From positions 64,001-128,000 of IMG/VR virus record IMGVR_UViG_3300045988_134731: a DNA stretch of 64,000 nt; one strand, written 5' to 3'. The DNA is from a virus. Positions 9,638-18,998 of this stretch are shown piece after piece (the first letter of the stretch is position 1; every line of letters starts with the position of its first letter). Under the pieces are notes generated by a model, which searched no databases, was not told the DNA's origin, and saw only the letters and a program-made list of their open reading frames with translations. The position numbers were made by a program, and so were the translations under genes.

Positions 9638-10210
9638 CTATTTCTCTGTCAAATTATAATTATCTAATATCCACTTAAATTCACAATCAAGTTTTGTTTT
9701 AGAATATTCACATTCATGACAATTTACACAAAAATTATAAAACTTTTTTTGTAATTCATTTCTTGTTATTTCTTTCTTAGGATTTTCAGCTAATTCACAA
9801 TAATTCCATTTTTCTAAATCTACAAAACTGTCACTCCAAAAAGTCCTTCCGTTACTATATGTATAAAATTTATTATTTTCATAGCAAGTAAAATATCTAA
9901 GTTCCCATTCATCTTCTTGGTTTTGTCTTACATACACTTTTGTATCTCTAGGAATTTTACTCCAATCTACCTTATCTCTTTCCCATATTAATTTACCATC
10001 AATATCATACACTTCAATTATATCAAACTTATTTGAGTGAATATTCTTTAAGTCGTCACTATAATGACTAAGAAAAACTTTCAAAGTAGCTTCATATTTT
10101 AAAGAATATTCTTCATATGCTGTTTTAAATATTTCGCTTCTTATTATATCATACCAATTATTATTTCTTGTTTTAAAACTCATGCCATTTTTTAAATCTG
10201 ATTTATTCAT
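9638..10210 (-). CDS. hypothetical protein, MNKxDLKNGM family (copy 2 of 3)
   Basis: Paralog of 8561 and 18149, with a GGAGG RBS. Confidence 0.65.
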   Translation of the reverse strand: MNKSDLKNGMSFKTRNNNWYDIIRSEIFKTAYEEYSLKYEATLKVFLSHYSDDLKNIHSNKFDIIEVYDIDGKLIWERDKVDWSKIPRDTKVYVRQNQEDEWELRYFTCYENNKFYTYSNGRTFWSDSFVDLEKWNYCELAENPKKEITRNELQKKFYNFCVNCHECEYSKTKLDCEFKWILDNYNLTEK

Positions 10211-10222
10211 ATTTATACCTCC

Positions 10223-10297
10223 TTATTTATTACTTAATCTTACATCTAATATAGTTGATATAATAATCACTGCTAACAATATTAATAACACATTCAT
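10223..10297 (-). CDS. possible 24-aa hydrophobic peptide
   Basis: GGGGTGA RBS, then MNVLLILLAVIIISTILDVRLSNK. The stop overlaps the next RBS. It is very short, so this is speculative. Confidence 0.25.
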   Translation of the reverse strand: MNVLLILLAVIIISTILDVRLSNK

Positions 10298-10388
10298 ACC
10301 ATCACCCCTTATTAATCATTCATCTATTCTATCTAAAAGTTCTTCCACTTTATATTCTCCCTTTATTAATAATTATATTATAAATACG

Positions 10389-10634
10389 TTATTTATCAAT
10401 ACTTTTATTAATTATTTTTATTTTATCAACTAAATTATATAATTCATTCCAATCATGTAAATAAAAAACATAATCATTTACATATACTTCAATTATTCCT
10501 TTTGAGAAAAAACTTCTCTCTCTAAAAATTATTCTTACTCTTAGTTGTTCATTTGCGAATATAGATATAAAATAGTTATCTTCAACTAATTTTAAATTTA
10601 GTTCTTTTTTCAGATATTCTATTTCTTTAATCAT
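10389..10634 (-). CDS. hypothetical protein
   Basis: ORF abutting the upstream stop. The RBS is weak. Confidence 0.5.
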   Translation of the reverse strand: MIKEIEYLKKELNLKLVEDNYFISIFANEQLRVRIIFRERSFFSKGIIEVYVNDYVFYLHDWNELYNLVDKIKIINKSIDK

Positions 10635-10637
10635 AAT

Positions 10638-11108
10638 TTAACACCACACCCTATGTTTCTCATGTATTTCTTCTAGCCCATCATAATCACTTATCTCCCA
10701 TTCAACATCTTCTGGTATTTCTACTATTTTTAATGAGGCACAACGACCACTAGCTTTTTTACTTCCCATTTCTTCAAACAATTTTATTAAGTCTTTGTCA
10801 TCTCTATCATATAATTCATCACTTAGAAATGTACAATTCATTAACTCCTCGGGATTTTTACCTTGATATTCATATGTAACATAAATCATGTTCCAACTAG
10901 GTCTTTGATTTTCTACAATTAAATCTCCATTTTCTTTAAATTTAAAATCTCGTATGAATTCAAAAGTATCATTGTAATCTTCGTCATACCCTCCACTATA
11001 GAAATATAATTTGTCGCATTCTCTATTTTTTATTTTACATAATTTTATTTTAAATTCATCTGATAGGGTATACCCTCCGAAGCATCTATTTATTAATATT
11101 TTTCTCAT
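10638..11108 (-). CDS. hypothetical protein
   Basis: ORF with a GGAGG RBS. Confidence 0.6.
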   Translation of the reverse strand: MRKILINRCFGGYTLSDEFKIKLCKIKNRECDKLYFYSGGYDEDYNDTFEFIRDFKFKENGDLIVENQRPSWNMIYVTYEYQGKNPEELMNCTFLSDELYDRDDKDLIKLFEEMGSKKASGRCASLKIVEIPEDVEWEISDYDGLEEIHEKHRVWC

Positions 11109-11165
11109 AATTATTCCTCCTTATATATTGCACTATAGTTTTATTCCTATTGTCAATATTTTTTA

Positions 11166-11660
11166 TTAATTATTTTTAAGAAGGTTGACTTCTTCTTTTT
11201 CATAATATTTACAATCAGCACAACATGGAGACTCGCAACTTAATAAGCTATTTAGTTCAGAAAGTTCAGATGGGTCTAATGTCTCTTTTCCATGAAGTTC
11301 ACATTTATGAATTGTAAATTCAACTGAAGGTGTATTACTTTGTTGTAAAACACATATTCTTAAAAGAGTATATACATCTATTATACCTTCATTACCTTCT
11401 TGAGTAATTGCTTGTATAATCTTATTTTTGTAATAATACAGTATTGATATGTTATAATTTCCATCTAACTTAGCTAATAATGTAAAATGTTTAGCATCTC
11501 CTATATTCGTATCTATATATTCATATAATTTTTTAGATGTTAATTTCAAAGTCACCTCTAATACATCAAGTCCTTTTAATTTTTCAACTTTTTCCTTTAC
11601 TTCCTCCATTATCAACTCCTCTAGCTTTTCGCCAAATATTTCGTTTTTACTTTTATTCAT
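11166..11660 (-). CDS. hypothetical protein
   Basis: ORF with a GGAGG RBS. It ends in NN-stop inside the 15-mer. Confidence 0.6.
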   Translation of the reverse strand: MNKSKNEIFGEKLEELIMEEVKEKVEKLKGLDVLEVTLKLTSKKLYEYIDTNIGDAKHFTLLAKLDGNYNISILYYYKNKIIQAITQEGNEGIIDVYTLLRICVLQQSNTPSVEFTIHKCELHGKETLDPSELSELNSLLSCESPCCADCKYYEKEEVNLLKNN

Positions 11661-11720
11661 ATTACCAACCTCCTTATATTAATAATTATATCATATATGA
11701 AATAAAAGTCAATACTTTTA

Positions 11721-12098
11721 TTAATTATTTTCATATATATTACCAATTACTTTATTTTCAACTTTACCAAATTTAGGTATAAGTCTGTAAAAACTATCTT
11801 TTTCGTCTTGAATATACCAACAACCTTTAATCATAACTACTCTGCCCACAATATGATTTAAAGCTCTAGTTGTTTCTACTATATCGTCTTCATATATTTC
11901 TGTGCCGTTTATATCGTTTATTTCTGTATACTGTCCTACATAACTAACACTGTCCCAATTACATACATCATTTTGGTCTGATTTATTTTTTTCATTCGGC
12001 ATAAAACAATATACGCTTTTGCCATATGGTATTATAGAAATTTGCGAATCATATAACCATTCAACTCCATTATGACCTCTAAACTTAATTTTTCTCAT
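11721..12098 (-). CDS. YopX-like protein
   Basis: MRKIKFRGHN...VGQYT...DIYEDDIV...IGNIYEN resembles the YopX family pattern, recalled from memory. Confidence 0.5.
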   Translation of the reverse strand: MRKIKFRGHNGVEWLYDSQISIIPYGKSVYCFMPNEKNKSDQNDVCNWDSVSYVGQYTEINDINGTEIYEDDIVETTRALNHIVGRVVMIKGCWYIQDEKDSFYRLIPKFGKVENKVIGNIYENN

Positions 12099-12123
12099 AA
12101 TTTTCCATCTCCTTATATTAATA

Positions 12124-12173
12124 ATAATACTATTTTTTATTTATATTGTCAATACTTTTTATTAATTATTTTT
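12124..12173 (-). promoter_or_regulatory. sigmaA-type promoter preceded by the 15-mer (exemplar)
   Basis: On the minus strand: AAAAATAATTAATAAAAAGTA-TTGACA-17 nt-TATTAT, followed by the GGAG RBS and ATG of 11721..12098. Confidence 0.55.
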
Positions 12174-12191
12174 ATTAATTTTTTTAATCCT

Positions 12192-13064
12192 TTAATTTTC
12201 TTCTATATCTATTCCAGTTATTGTTTTAAATATATCTTTATCAAAGTTAGGTAATGAAACAAATGTCAATCTTTCTTTATCGTCTATACGATTCCACATA
12301 TTTCTCCATGCTTCTGTATATCTTAATTCTTTTAAATAACCTCCAGTAGCTTCATAATTGGGATGTTTTTCTTTTTCTTCATCTGTCATATTGTATTCAT
12401 TAACCCATAGAGTTAATTTAAAATAATTATCTATTATTTTAAATGCATGACTATTCTTCCATATGTCTAATGTCCAATCACTTTCTTTATTAAATAGTTT
12501 AATCGTTTCATGTTTATCATTATCGTCAGTGCAAAAGCATCCTAATTTTTTATTGCCTAAATTACAGTCTCCAATGTTATAATTACCTTTATTATAATTA
12601 CCACTATTGCAATGACCAGAATTATAATTACCACTATTCCAATTTCCAGTATTCCAATCTCCAGTATTCCAATCTCCAGTATTATAATCTCCAGTATTAT
12701 AATCTCCAGTATTAGAATTTCCAGTATTATAACTACCTGTGTTTTTAATACCTGTGTTACCTTCACCAGTATTAACCATATCTAATACTTCATGCCAGTT
12801 TAATTCTCTTATTATTTTTATTTCATTTGTTACACATTTATTATTTGAATAATTACTTTCTATAACTTCACCAGTAGCTTCTATTATAGCTACTTTGTTT
12901 TCTGGGTCAAAAGTGTAATAATTAAAACAATCAACTAGCTTTTTACAAAAATGAAATCCTGTTTCACATATACTTATTTCTCCTTCATATTTATATGTTT
13001 CTCCTACTTTATATTGAAAACCTCTGCAAGTCCAATCTGAATTAAATACTTTATATCCTTTCAT
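12192..13064 (-). CDS. repeat protein with about 10 tandem N-[TS]-G-x-[YW] pentapeptides
   Basis: NTGDYNTGDYNTGDWNTGDWNTGNWNSGNYNSGHC... is encoded by 15-bp tandem repeats at about 12560-12770. The N-terminal domain carries CETGFHFC. Confidence 0.7.
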   Translation of the reverse strand: MKGYKVFNSDWTCRGFQYKVGETYKYEGEISICETGFHFCKKLVDCFNYYTFDPENKVAIIEATGEVIESNYSNNKCVTNEIKIIRELNWHEVLDMVNTGEGNTGIKNTGSYNTGNSNTGDYNTGDYNTGDWNTGDWNTGNWNSGNYNSGHCNSGNYNKGNYNIGDCNLGNKKLGCFCTDDNDKHETIKLFNKESDWTLDIWKNSHAFKIIDNYFKLTLWVNEYNMTDEEKEKHPNYEATGGYLKELRYTEAWRNMWNRIDDKERLTFVSLPNFDKDIFKTITGIDIEEN

Positions 13065-13086
13065 ACCTTTTTCTCCTTTCTATTAT

Positions 13087-13155
13087 TAATAATTTTCTTG
13101 CTCTATCCATTCTTTTTCTTCTTTATCCCATACCCTAAACTTTAAGTTTTTCATA
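13087..13155 (-). pseudogene. 22-codon remnant of a YopX-like gene
   Basis: AAGGTGGTGA RBS, then MKNLKFRVWDKEEKEWIEQENY-stop. This resembles the YopX-like N-terminus (MRKIKFRGHN) and is then truncated. Confidence 0.35.
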
Positions 13156-13178
13156 TTTATCACCACCTTATATTATTA

Positions 13179-13210
13179 TATTAACATAAACTTTATAAAA
13201 ATTACCTATG
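13179..13210 (-). promoter_or_regulatory. class-2 promoter-like element (CATAGGTAAT-N14-TGTTAATA)
   Basis: Exact match to the consensus geometry, with an RBS about 10 nt downstream. Confidence 0.5.
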
Positions 13211-13271
13211 ATTATTATTTTATTATTATTTAAATCCTCTTTTAAAAAATTAGAGGGAAATTAATCCCTCT

Positions 13272-13517
13272 TTATAAATTTAAGTCATCCAATGAAAAGT
13301 CAAACTCATCTTGTTTCCTTTCTTCTACCTTTATAGTTTCACGTGAAACACTTTGTTCTACATTCATGCCATTAGCTAAATACGATTGTTCAATCTGCAT
13401 GTGTAATCGAATTAAATCTTTAATAAATGCTGTTTTTGATGTTTTACCATTTAAATATTCTATAATATCGCTATCTTTCTCATTGAATGTTAATCTCATT
13501 TCTTTTTTAGTAGCCAT
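13272..13517 (-). CDS. parR: ParR-like ribbon-helix-helix partition adaptor
   Basis: 81 aa, immediately downstream of the ParM-like gene. N-terminus KKEMRLTFNEKDSDIIEYL is RHH-like. Confidence 0.45.
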   Translation of the reverse strand: MATKKEMRLTFNEKDSDIIEYLNGKTSKTAFIKDLIRLHMQIEQSYLANGMNVEQSVSRETIKVEERKQDEFDFSLDDLNL

Positions 13518-13525
13518 AATATCAC

Positions 13526-14440
13526 CTACTTATATAATTTATTAGCTATATTTAATAAACCTTGTGCTTGTAAAGTTATGTCCTCAGATGATATTGTTTG
13601 TTGATATATCTTTTTCATTGTAGGTGATATAATTTTAGCTCCACCACCAATAATGAGAATATTTGAATTCTTGATGTTATTTGTTTGCCCTTTTATTTCA
13701 TTTACTAAATTAACTATAAATTTCTTAACTAACTCTTCTTTGTATTTGAAATCACCTACTAATAAAGACTCTTCATTATCAAATATTCTTTTTGTTTGTT
13801 CTAATGATAATGATAAATCATATGTTAGGTTAAGATATTCTCTACAAGAATTGTATAAATTAAACAATCCTAATCTTATACTAAATCCATCTTTTAATTG
13901 CATTTTATTATCGTAGACTGTAATATCACACGTATTCCCACCTATATCCACAACCATCGTATCTACATTTTTATTTAATTTATTCATTATACCTTGTATA
14001 GATTTGATTGAATAAGACTCTGGAAGTATTGTAACATTCTCAATTACTATACTTCTTTTAATCCCATTTATAATTATAGTCTTTTTATTATTCTTTTTAA
14101 TATAATTTTCCATTTCATCTTTCTTTTTATATTGATTAACAGGACAACAAGTTACTAAATTGATATTGTTTTCCGTATCTTTTGTAGCATTTGCTATACA
14201 ATAATAAAGTAATATTAAATAATTGTCTTTTTTATATTTTAAAAGTTCATTTTCATACTTTCCTTCACCAATTAAATAACCCTCATCATCTATAGTGAAT
14301 TTTTGATTTTGTGAAAAGTCATCTAATCCCTTTTCACATTTTTTAATTCTCGATTCACAAATACAACTCCCATTATTAGATATAGCTATTGACGTTAAAT
14401 TACCAATGTCTACTCCTATATTGATAATATTTTTACTCAT
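13526..14440 (-). CDS. parM: ParM/Alp-family actin-like segregation ATPase (start trimmed to ATG at 14440)
   Basis: Actin-fold phosphate and adenosine motifs are present: IGVDIGNLTS, VVDIGGNTCD, LIIGGGAKI. The GGGGAGG RBS precedes MSKNIINIG. Confidence 0.7.
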   Translation of the reverse strand: MSKNIINIGVDIGNLTSIAISNNGSCICESRIKKCEKGLDDFSQNQKFTIDDEGYLIGEGKYENELLKYKKDNYLILLYYCIANATKDTENNINLVTCCPVNQYKKKDEMENYIKKNNKKTIIINGIKRSIVIENVTILPESYSIKSIQGIMNKLNKNVDTMVVDIGGNTCDITVYDNKMQLKDGFSIRLGLFNLYNSCREYLNLTYDLSLSLEQTKRIFDNEESLLVGDFKYKEELVKKFIVNLVNEIKGQTNNIKNSNILIIGGGAKIISPTMKKIYQQTISSEDITLQAQGLLNIANKLYK

Positions 14441-14838
14441 AATATCATCCTCCCCAAAATATTGATTTATTAATTCCGCTACCCTCATGGTAGTATGATA
14501 AAAAATACGATATAAATTGATAATGATTTTCAACTGTTACATTACAAATTTTACACCGTATTTCACCTCCTTTACTATAATATATGTTTATTTACAAAAA
14601 TGTTGACTACTATATACATAAATTTTGTAAAAATATTTATTATAGCATCTCCTAATTCTCCTTCGGAGGTATCAAATGAGCTAATATATGCCTTTCTAAG
14701 AAGTTTGAGTAGTCTTATTGAATAAGAGAGGATGTATAAAATTAAATCTTCTTAAAATTGAAAAGGCAAATTTTACCATATAGGGTCGAGTTTTTCCGTT
14801 TTCATCATACTTAGATTCCACTCAACCCCATATTATTA

Positions 14839-14870
14839 TATTAACATAAACATTATAAAAATTATCTATA
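14839..14870 (-). promoter_or_regulatory. class-2 promoter-like element, variant (TATAGATAAT-N14-TGTTAATA)
   Basis: Near-identical to 13179-13210. It points into a ~400-nt untranslated leader upstream of parM. Confidence 0.4.
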
Positions 14871-15278
14871 TTTATTAATTATTTTTTCATAATCAATTTT
14901 ATATTTTTTGTCTCTTGGATTTCTTAACATTATCCATAACGGAATTGAATTTAAAAGGTCAGATGGAAGTTGATATAAAGTTACGTCTATTTCCCATTCT
15001 TTAAATTTTTCATAGACATCTAATAAATCAAATTCCAATTCTTTATTTCTAAATTTTTGAGTAATTATATTTAATTCCTCTAAATCTAATAATACGTTTG
15101 CTTGAGAATGTGCATTACACCAAGCAAAGTTAACCTTTTCTAGAACTTCTAAATTCTCTTTTATAACTTTAACATATGATTTGCTTTTATCTGGAAATTC
15201 CTTTTGTAAAATGTCAATAAATTCTTCTGACATAAGAATGGACTCCCTTATCAAAACTGTTACAGTTATATCTTTCAT
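14862..15278 (-). CDS. hypothetical protein
   Basis: ORF with a GGAGGAG RBS. Confidence 0.6.
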   Translation of the reverse strand: MKDITVTVLIRESILMSEEFIDILQKEFPDKSKSYVKVIKENLEVLEKVNFAWCNAHSQANVLLDLEELNIITQKFRNKELEFDLLDVYEKFKEWEIDVTLYQLPSDLLNSIPLWIMLRNPRDKKYKIDYEKIINKYR

Positions 15279-15313
15279 ATAATCTCCTCCTTTATTATTG
15301 TTAAATTTCTCAC

Positions 15314-15354
15314 CTAAGCGCAGAAAAAGGTTTACTAAGCGCAGAAAAAGGTTT
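15314..15354. repeat. perfect 20-bp direct repeat with 21-bp period (CTAAGCGCAGAAAAAGGTTT x2)
   Basis: Copies at 15314-15333 and 15335-15354, between two genes. It is unusually GC-rich for this DNA. Confidence 0.8.
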
Positions 15355-15398
15355 TTTTATAAATAGATAAATATATAAATAGATAAAAATATAAATAT

Positions 15399-16196
15399 TT
15401 ATTTTTTTTCTTTATTATTCTTAACTTCTTCATATTTATCTTTCCAATATCCGTAAGTAGTTAATTTTATATTTATGTGTCTTGCAAACTCAATATTTCC
15501 ATGTGAATTTATTTTATTATCATATTCAGTATAGCTCTTTATCAAATTATCATTGTTTAATCTTACAATCAAATTTGTTATTTTTGTTAGAGTAGACCCA
15601 CTATTAGGAGATAAGCCTATACTTTCAGCCATATCTTTTCTTGAAATTTTAGTATATGTTTTAGTATTACAACGATATTTCAACAGTACATATAATTTAG
15701 TCAAATATTTATTTCCAGTATCAATTAAATATCTCATTACATCTTTTTCTAATAAGACATATTTTCTATTATTAGTATCTTTATTATTTATTATATATAC
15801 AGCTTCGCCATTAATCTCTTTGGGTACTATCAAATTACCTAATTTAATTATTTTGTTTATACTTTTAAAATAATTTTCTATTTTCTTTCCACTTAACTCT
15901 TCAATCATAATTCTATTATCTTGTATGTCTTTTCTATAAATATATCTATGCTTTTCATTTGGATTACGTTTGCTCATATAATTTAAAATAGAATAATCAT
16001 TATAATTACAATTTTTATTTTTCATATATACATCTTCACTTCGCACAGCATATTTTAAAATATCATCTTTGTCATTTAATTTACTACTATCTTTATTTCT
16101 ATCTATAATTAAATCTTTTATATCATCGTCTGCATTATCCCAACATCCATTAGTCCATTCATATTCCCACTCTTGATTATAATCTAATTTATCCAA
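15399..16196 (-). CDS. hypothetical protein with a possible HTH (start uncertain: TTG 16196 or ATG 16229)
   Basis: The ORF-track ATG lies inside the upstream gene. AAAGGTGGTGA sits 4 nt before the TTG at 16196. MAESIGLSPNSGSTLTKITN is HTH-like. Confidence 0.5.
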   Translation of the reverse strand: MDKLDYNQEWEYEWTNGCWDNADDDIKDLIIDRNKDSSKLNDKDDILKYAVRSEDVYMKNKNCNYNDYSILNYMSKRNPNEKHRYIYRKDIQDNRIMIEELSGKKIENYFKSINKIIKLGNLIVPKEINGEAVYIINNKDTNNRKYVLLEKDVMRYLIDTGNKYLTKLYVLLKYRCNTKTYTKISRKDMAESIGLSPNSGSTLTKITNLIVRLNNDNLIKSYTEYDNKINSHGNIEFARHINIKLTTYGYWKDKYEEVKNNKEKK

Positions 16197-16212
16197 GTTA
16201 TCACCACCTTTA

Positions 16213-16701
16213 TTAATTATTATATTCATTCATTACATTATACACGATATATCCATCTTTTATACCTGCATAATAGTCGTCCTTATCCATATCACCTATC
16301 ATTATAGCTACAGATATAGGTTCACCAACTTTTGACGATACACTATCACTTATGTTTTTACTTGCATTAGCATATTGTTCAACCAGTCTATTCCAAGATT
16401 CTCTATTATGTTCTATGCTATGTTTAAATTCATCTTGAGTATAGTTAAAAGTCACTAATATATATCCATTATCAACTTTGACATTATATTCAACAGATGC
16501 ATCAGATTCAACTATAGCAAGTTCAATCATTTCTTCCACATAATCTCTTGCATTATACAGTGTATCTTGATTGTCTACTTCTATTTGTTTATCTTGTATA
16601 GGTTCTTGATTTGTTTCATTGGTTTTCTCTATATTACTACAACCTACCATACTTATTGATAATACACCTGTTAATAATAAGGCTTTTATTTTTTTATTCA
16701 T
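16213..16701 (-). CDS. lipoprotein
   Basis: Signal peptide MNKKIKALLLTGVLSISMVGC has a lipobox Cys. It is a paralog of 32220. Confidence 0.7.
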   Translation of the reverse strand: MNKKIKALLLTGVLSISMVGCSNIEKTNETNQEPIQDKQIEVDNQDTLYNARDYVEEMIELAIVESDASVEYNVKVDNGYILVTFNYTQDEFKHSIEHNRESWNRLVEQYANASKNISDSVSSKVGEPISVAIMIGDMDKDDYYAGIKDGYIVYNVMNEYNN

Positions 16702-16728
16702 AATTCCCGTCTCCTTTACTAATTATTT

Positions 16729-17508
16729 TTAATCATCAATTTCTACTATGTAATCATACAAAGCATCATATAGTTTTTGTGGTATTTTATCCTTATAATA
16801 ATCAGCTACTTCTTTGATGTTACGTTCTTTATAATACTTATAAACTTCAAAAGCTTTCTCTTGAGTTTCATAACACCCTAAGTGTTCATATTTTGATTTT
16901 CCAGTTTTTGGATTAATTAAACTGCAATAAGCTCTATATTTACTATTTTGAGTAAGGCTTGTTCCAATGACTGACTCTCCTCTATCATTTTGTCTTTTAG
17001 TAAATAAACTATTAATTGTTTCTGGTACAAATATACAAGTCTCTGGTGAATAAACTTTATTTCTTTTAACTAAAATATCTTTATCTAAACACATTCTTTC
17101 ACCTTCAACTGTATAATAATTTTTATCATACCATTTTCCAAAGTTTTGAAAGTTATGCCATTCATTACAAACGGTACAACCTTTATATGCAGGATATTTT
17201 TCTCGATTTTTTTCATCATAACATCTTTGTAACATACTATGCCAAGTGGAATAAACTCTAGTAGCCTTACCATTTTCTTTAGTTTTATACTTCCCCTCTC
17301 CAATATATCCCACATTTGAACAACGTGGCTCATAAGGACATTTTATATTTCCTTTTTTAAAATTATAATACTGTTGATTTTTAATAATCCAATTATATTC
17401 TGTAAAAGATATATCTATGTCTTGTGCATTTCTATATCCTACAATAATCATTTTACTTCCAAAATTATTCATTCTTCTCTCACCTGTTCTATCTATTTTC
17501 ATTCTCAC
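16729..17508 (-). CDS. AP2-like DNA-binding protein (paralog family)
   Basis: KIDRTGE...NNFGS...YSTWHSMLQRCY...LGCYETQEKAFEVYKYYKE. The C-terminal part resembles an AP2/integrase-type DNA-binding domain. Confidence 0.65.
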   Translation of the reverse strand: MRMKIDRTGERRMNNFGSKMIIVGYRNAQDIDISFTEYNWIIKNQQYYNFKKGNIKCPYEPRCSNVGYIGEGKYKTKENGKATRVYSTWHSMLQRCYDEKNREKYPAYKGCTVCNEWHNFQNFGKWYDKNYYTVEGERMCLDKDILVKRNKVYSPETCIFVPETINSLFTKRQNDRGESVIGTSLTQNSKYRAYCSLINPKTGKSKYEHLGCYETQEKAFEVYKYYKERNIKEVADYYKDKIPQKLYDALYDYIVEIDD

Positions 17509-17520
17509 AATATCTACCTC

Positions 17521-17709
17521 CTATATATTCATTAATTCTGACAATTCAATAAGTTGCTTTAAATCCTCAAATTCTTCTTTTATTTCATTTATATCTTTAT
17601 GCACATCGCAATCATTACAATAATAATTGCATATACTTTGACTATCACATATAGTATTTATTACTAATTGTTTTATTTCTTCTAATTTATCTAACATTTC
17701 TTCATTCAT
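17521..17709 (-). CDS. hypothetical protein
   Basis: ORF with a GGAGG RBS. Confidence 0.55.
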   Translation of the reverse strand: MNEEMLDKLEEIKQLVINTICDSQSICNYYCNDCDVHKDINEIKEEFEDLKQLIELSELMNI

Positions 17710-17753
17710 ATCTTATTCCTCCTTGTATTATATCTCTCATTTATTAATTATTT

Positions 17754-18122
17754 TTATAAAGTTTTAAACTTTTGAATCCATTTAGGTATATTTTTATCAT
17801 ATATACCTAAATTAACAGTTACTATATTATCTGAATAAGTTCCTTGTAGACCTCTAGCTCTTACCGTCAAATAACCTTTTCTTTCTAATTCAATTAAATC
17901 TTTTTCATGTGCTTTAAGTATGATTATTTTATTCCCATACTCTTTAAAGTCAGATATTCTTTTATCTAAAGCACGATATATTTTTAAGTTATCACAGTCG
18001 TCTATGTATGCAGGTAATTTCCAATGTATATAATCAAATACTGTCCATGCTGTATAAGTACCTATTTGCCCTGCATTCATATTTAAATCTTGATTTACAA
18101 TTATATACATAACTTGGCTCAT
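17754..18122 (-). CDS. possible PTH2-like (peptidyl-tRNA hydrolase 2 fold) protein
   Basis: YIIVNQDLNMNAGQ and KIIILKAHEKDLIELE...VTVNLG align by eye with archaeal Pth2 blocks. The DAG catalytic block is not conserved (RARG). Confidence 0.3.
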   Translation of the reverse strand: MSQVMYIIVNQDLNMNAGQIGTYTAWTVFDYIHWKLPAYIDDCDNLKIYRALDKRISDFKEYGNKIIILKAHEKDLIELERKGYLTVRARGLQGTYSDNIVTVNLGIYDKNIPKWIQKFKTL

Positions 18123-18148
18123 ATATTCACCTTCTTATATCATATCTA

Positions 18149-18712
18149 TTATTTTCTAGTTATTGTAAAATTATCATTTTTCCAATTTTCTCTACAATCA
18201 CCAGAATATTTACATTTATTACAATTATGGAATTTATTGCAATATTCTTCAAATAAATATTCCACTTCATCAAATGTATATTCTTTTTGTTCTGGTTCTA
18301 CTAATTTACATTCTTTCCAAAATGTTTTATCAGACGTATTCCAAGAAGTTCTACCCATGTCAAAAGTATAAAATCTTCCGTCTTTATATTCTGAAAAATA
18401 TCTTTTACGCCATTCCCCATCTTTAGAATCTCTAACTAAAACTTTTGTATCAACGGGTACTTTAGCCCAATCCACTTCTTCTCTTTCCCAAATGAGATTG
18501 TCGTCTGAATCAAGCACTCTCATTATGTCAAATTTAGCATTAGATTCATAGCTCATATCTTCTTTAAAACATCTTTTTAATGTACTCAAACTATATTCTA
18601 ATTCTAATTTATTTCCACATTCTTTTCTGTAAATATTATTTTCTATTATATATTTTATTTCTCCATCTCTCGATATAAATTTCATTCCATTTTTTAAATC
18701 TTGTTTGTTCAT
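18149..18712 (-). CDS. hypothetical protein, MNKxDLKNGM family (copy 3 of 3)
   Basis: Paralog of 8561 and 9638. Confidence 0.65.
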   Translation of the reverse strand: MNKQDLKNGMKFISRDGEIKYIIENNIYRKECGNKLELEYSLSTLKRCFKEDMSYESNAKFDIMRVLDSDDNLIWEREEVDWAKVPVDTKVLVRDSKDGEWRKRYFSEYKDGRFYTFDMGRTSWNTSDKTFWKECKLVEPEQKEYTFDEVEYLFEEYCNKFHNCNKCKYSGDCRENWKNDNFTITRK

Positions 18713-18740
18713 ATTTCATCTCTCCTTTTATTAATTATTT

Positions 18741-18911
18741 TTATCTATCACTTAATTTTGTTACAGATACATTCTCGATAACTCTTTCGTCTTTAGTTTT
18801 CAGTATATATTTAAAGTTAGTCAAGTCATAAGTGACCCCCATAACTCTACATTTTATTTTCTTAGCTCCTTTCTCTGGTCGGTAATAAATCCAATCATTA
18901 ATATTAAACAT
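18741..18911 (-). CDS. small hypothetical protein (56 aa)
   Basis: Below the ORF-track cutoff. A GGGGGG RBS precedes the ATG at 18909-18911, and the stop lies inside the 15-mer. Confidence 0.5.
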   Translation of the reverse strand: MFNINDWIYYRPEKGAKKIKCRVMGVTYDLTNFKYILKTKDERVIENVSVTKLSDR

Positions 18912-18998
18912 AATATCTACCCCCCCTTATACTTATAATTATAATACTTTTATTTATATTGTCAATGCTTTATTAATTATTTTTACTTCAATGTCTTA

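Noticed and set aside
12557-12766. 69-aa alternative-frame ORF, and the idea that the 15-bp tandem repeats here and at 19300-19650 form a CRISPR-like array
   Set aside because: The repeats are contiguous with no spacers and lie in frame within long ORFs encoding 5-residue protein repeats. No cas genes or leader are present.
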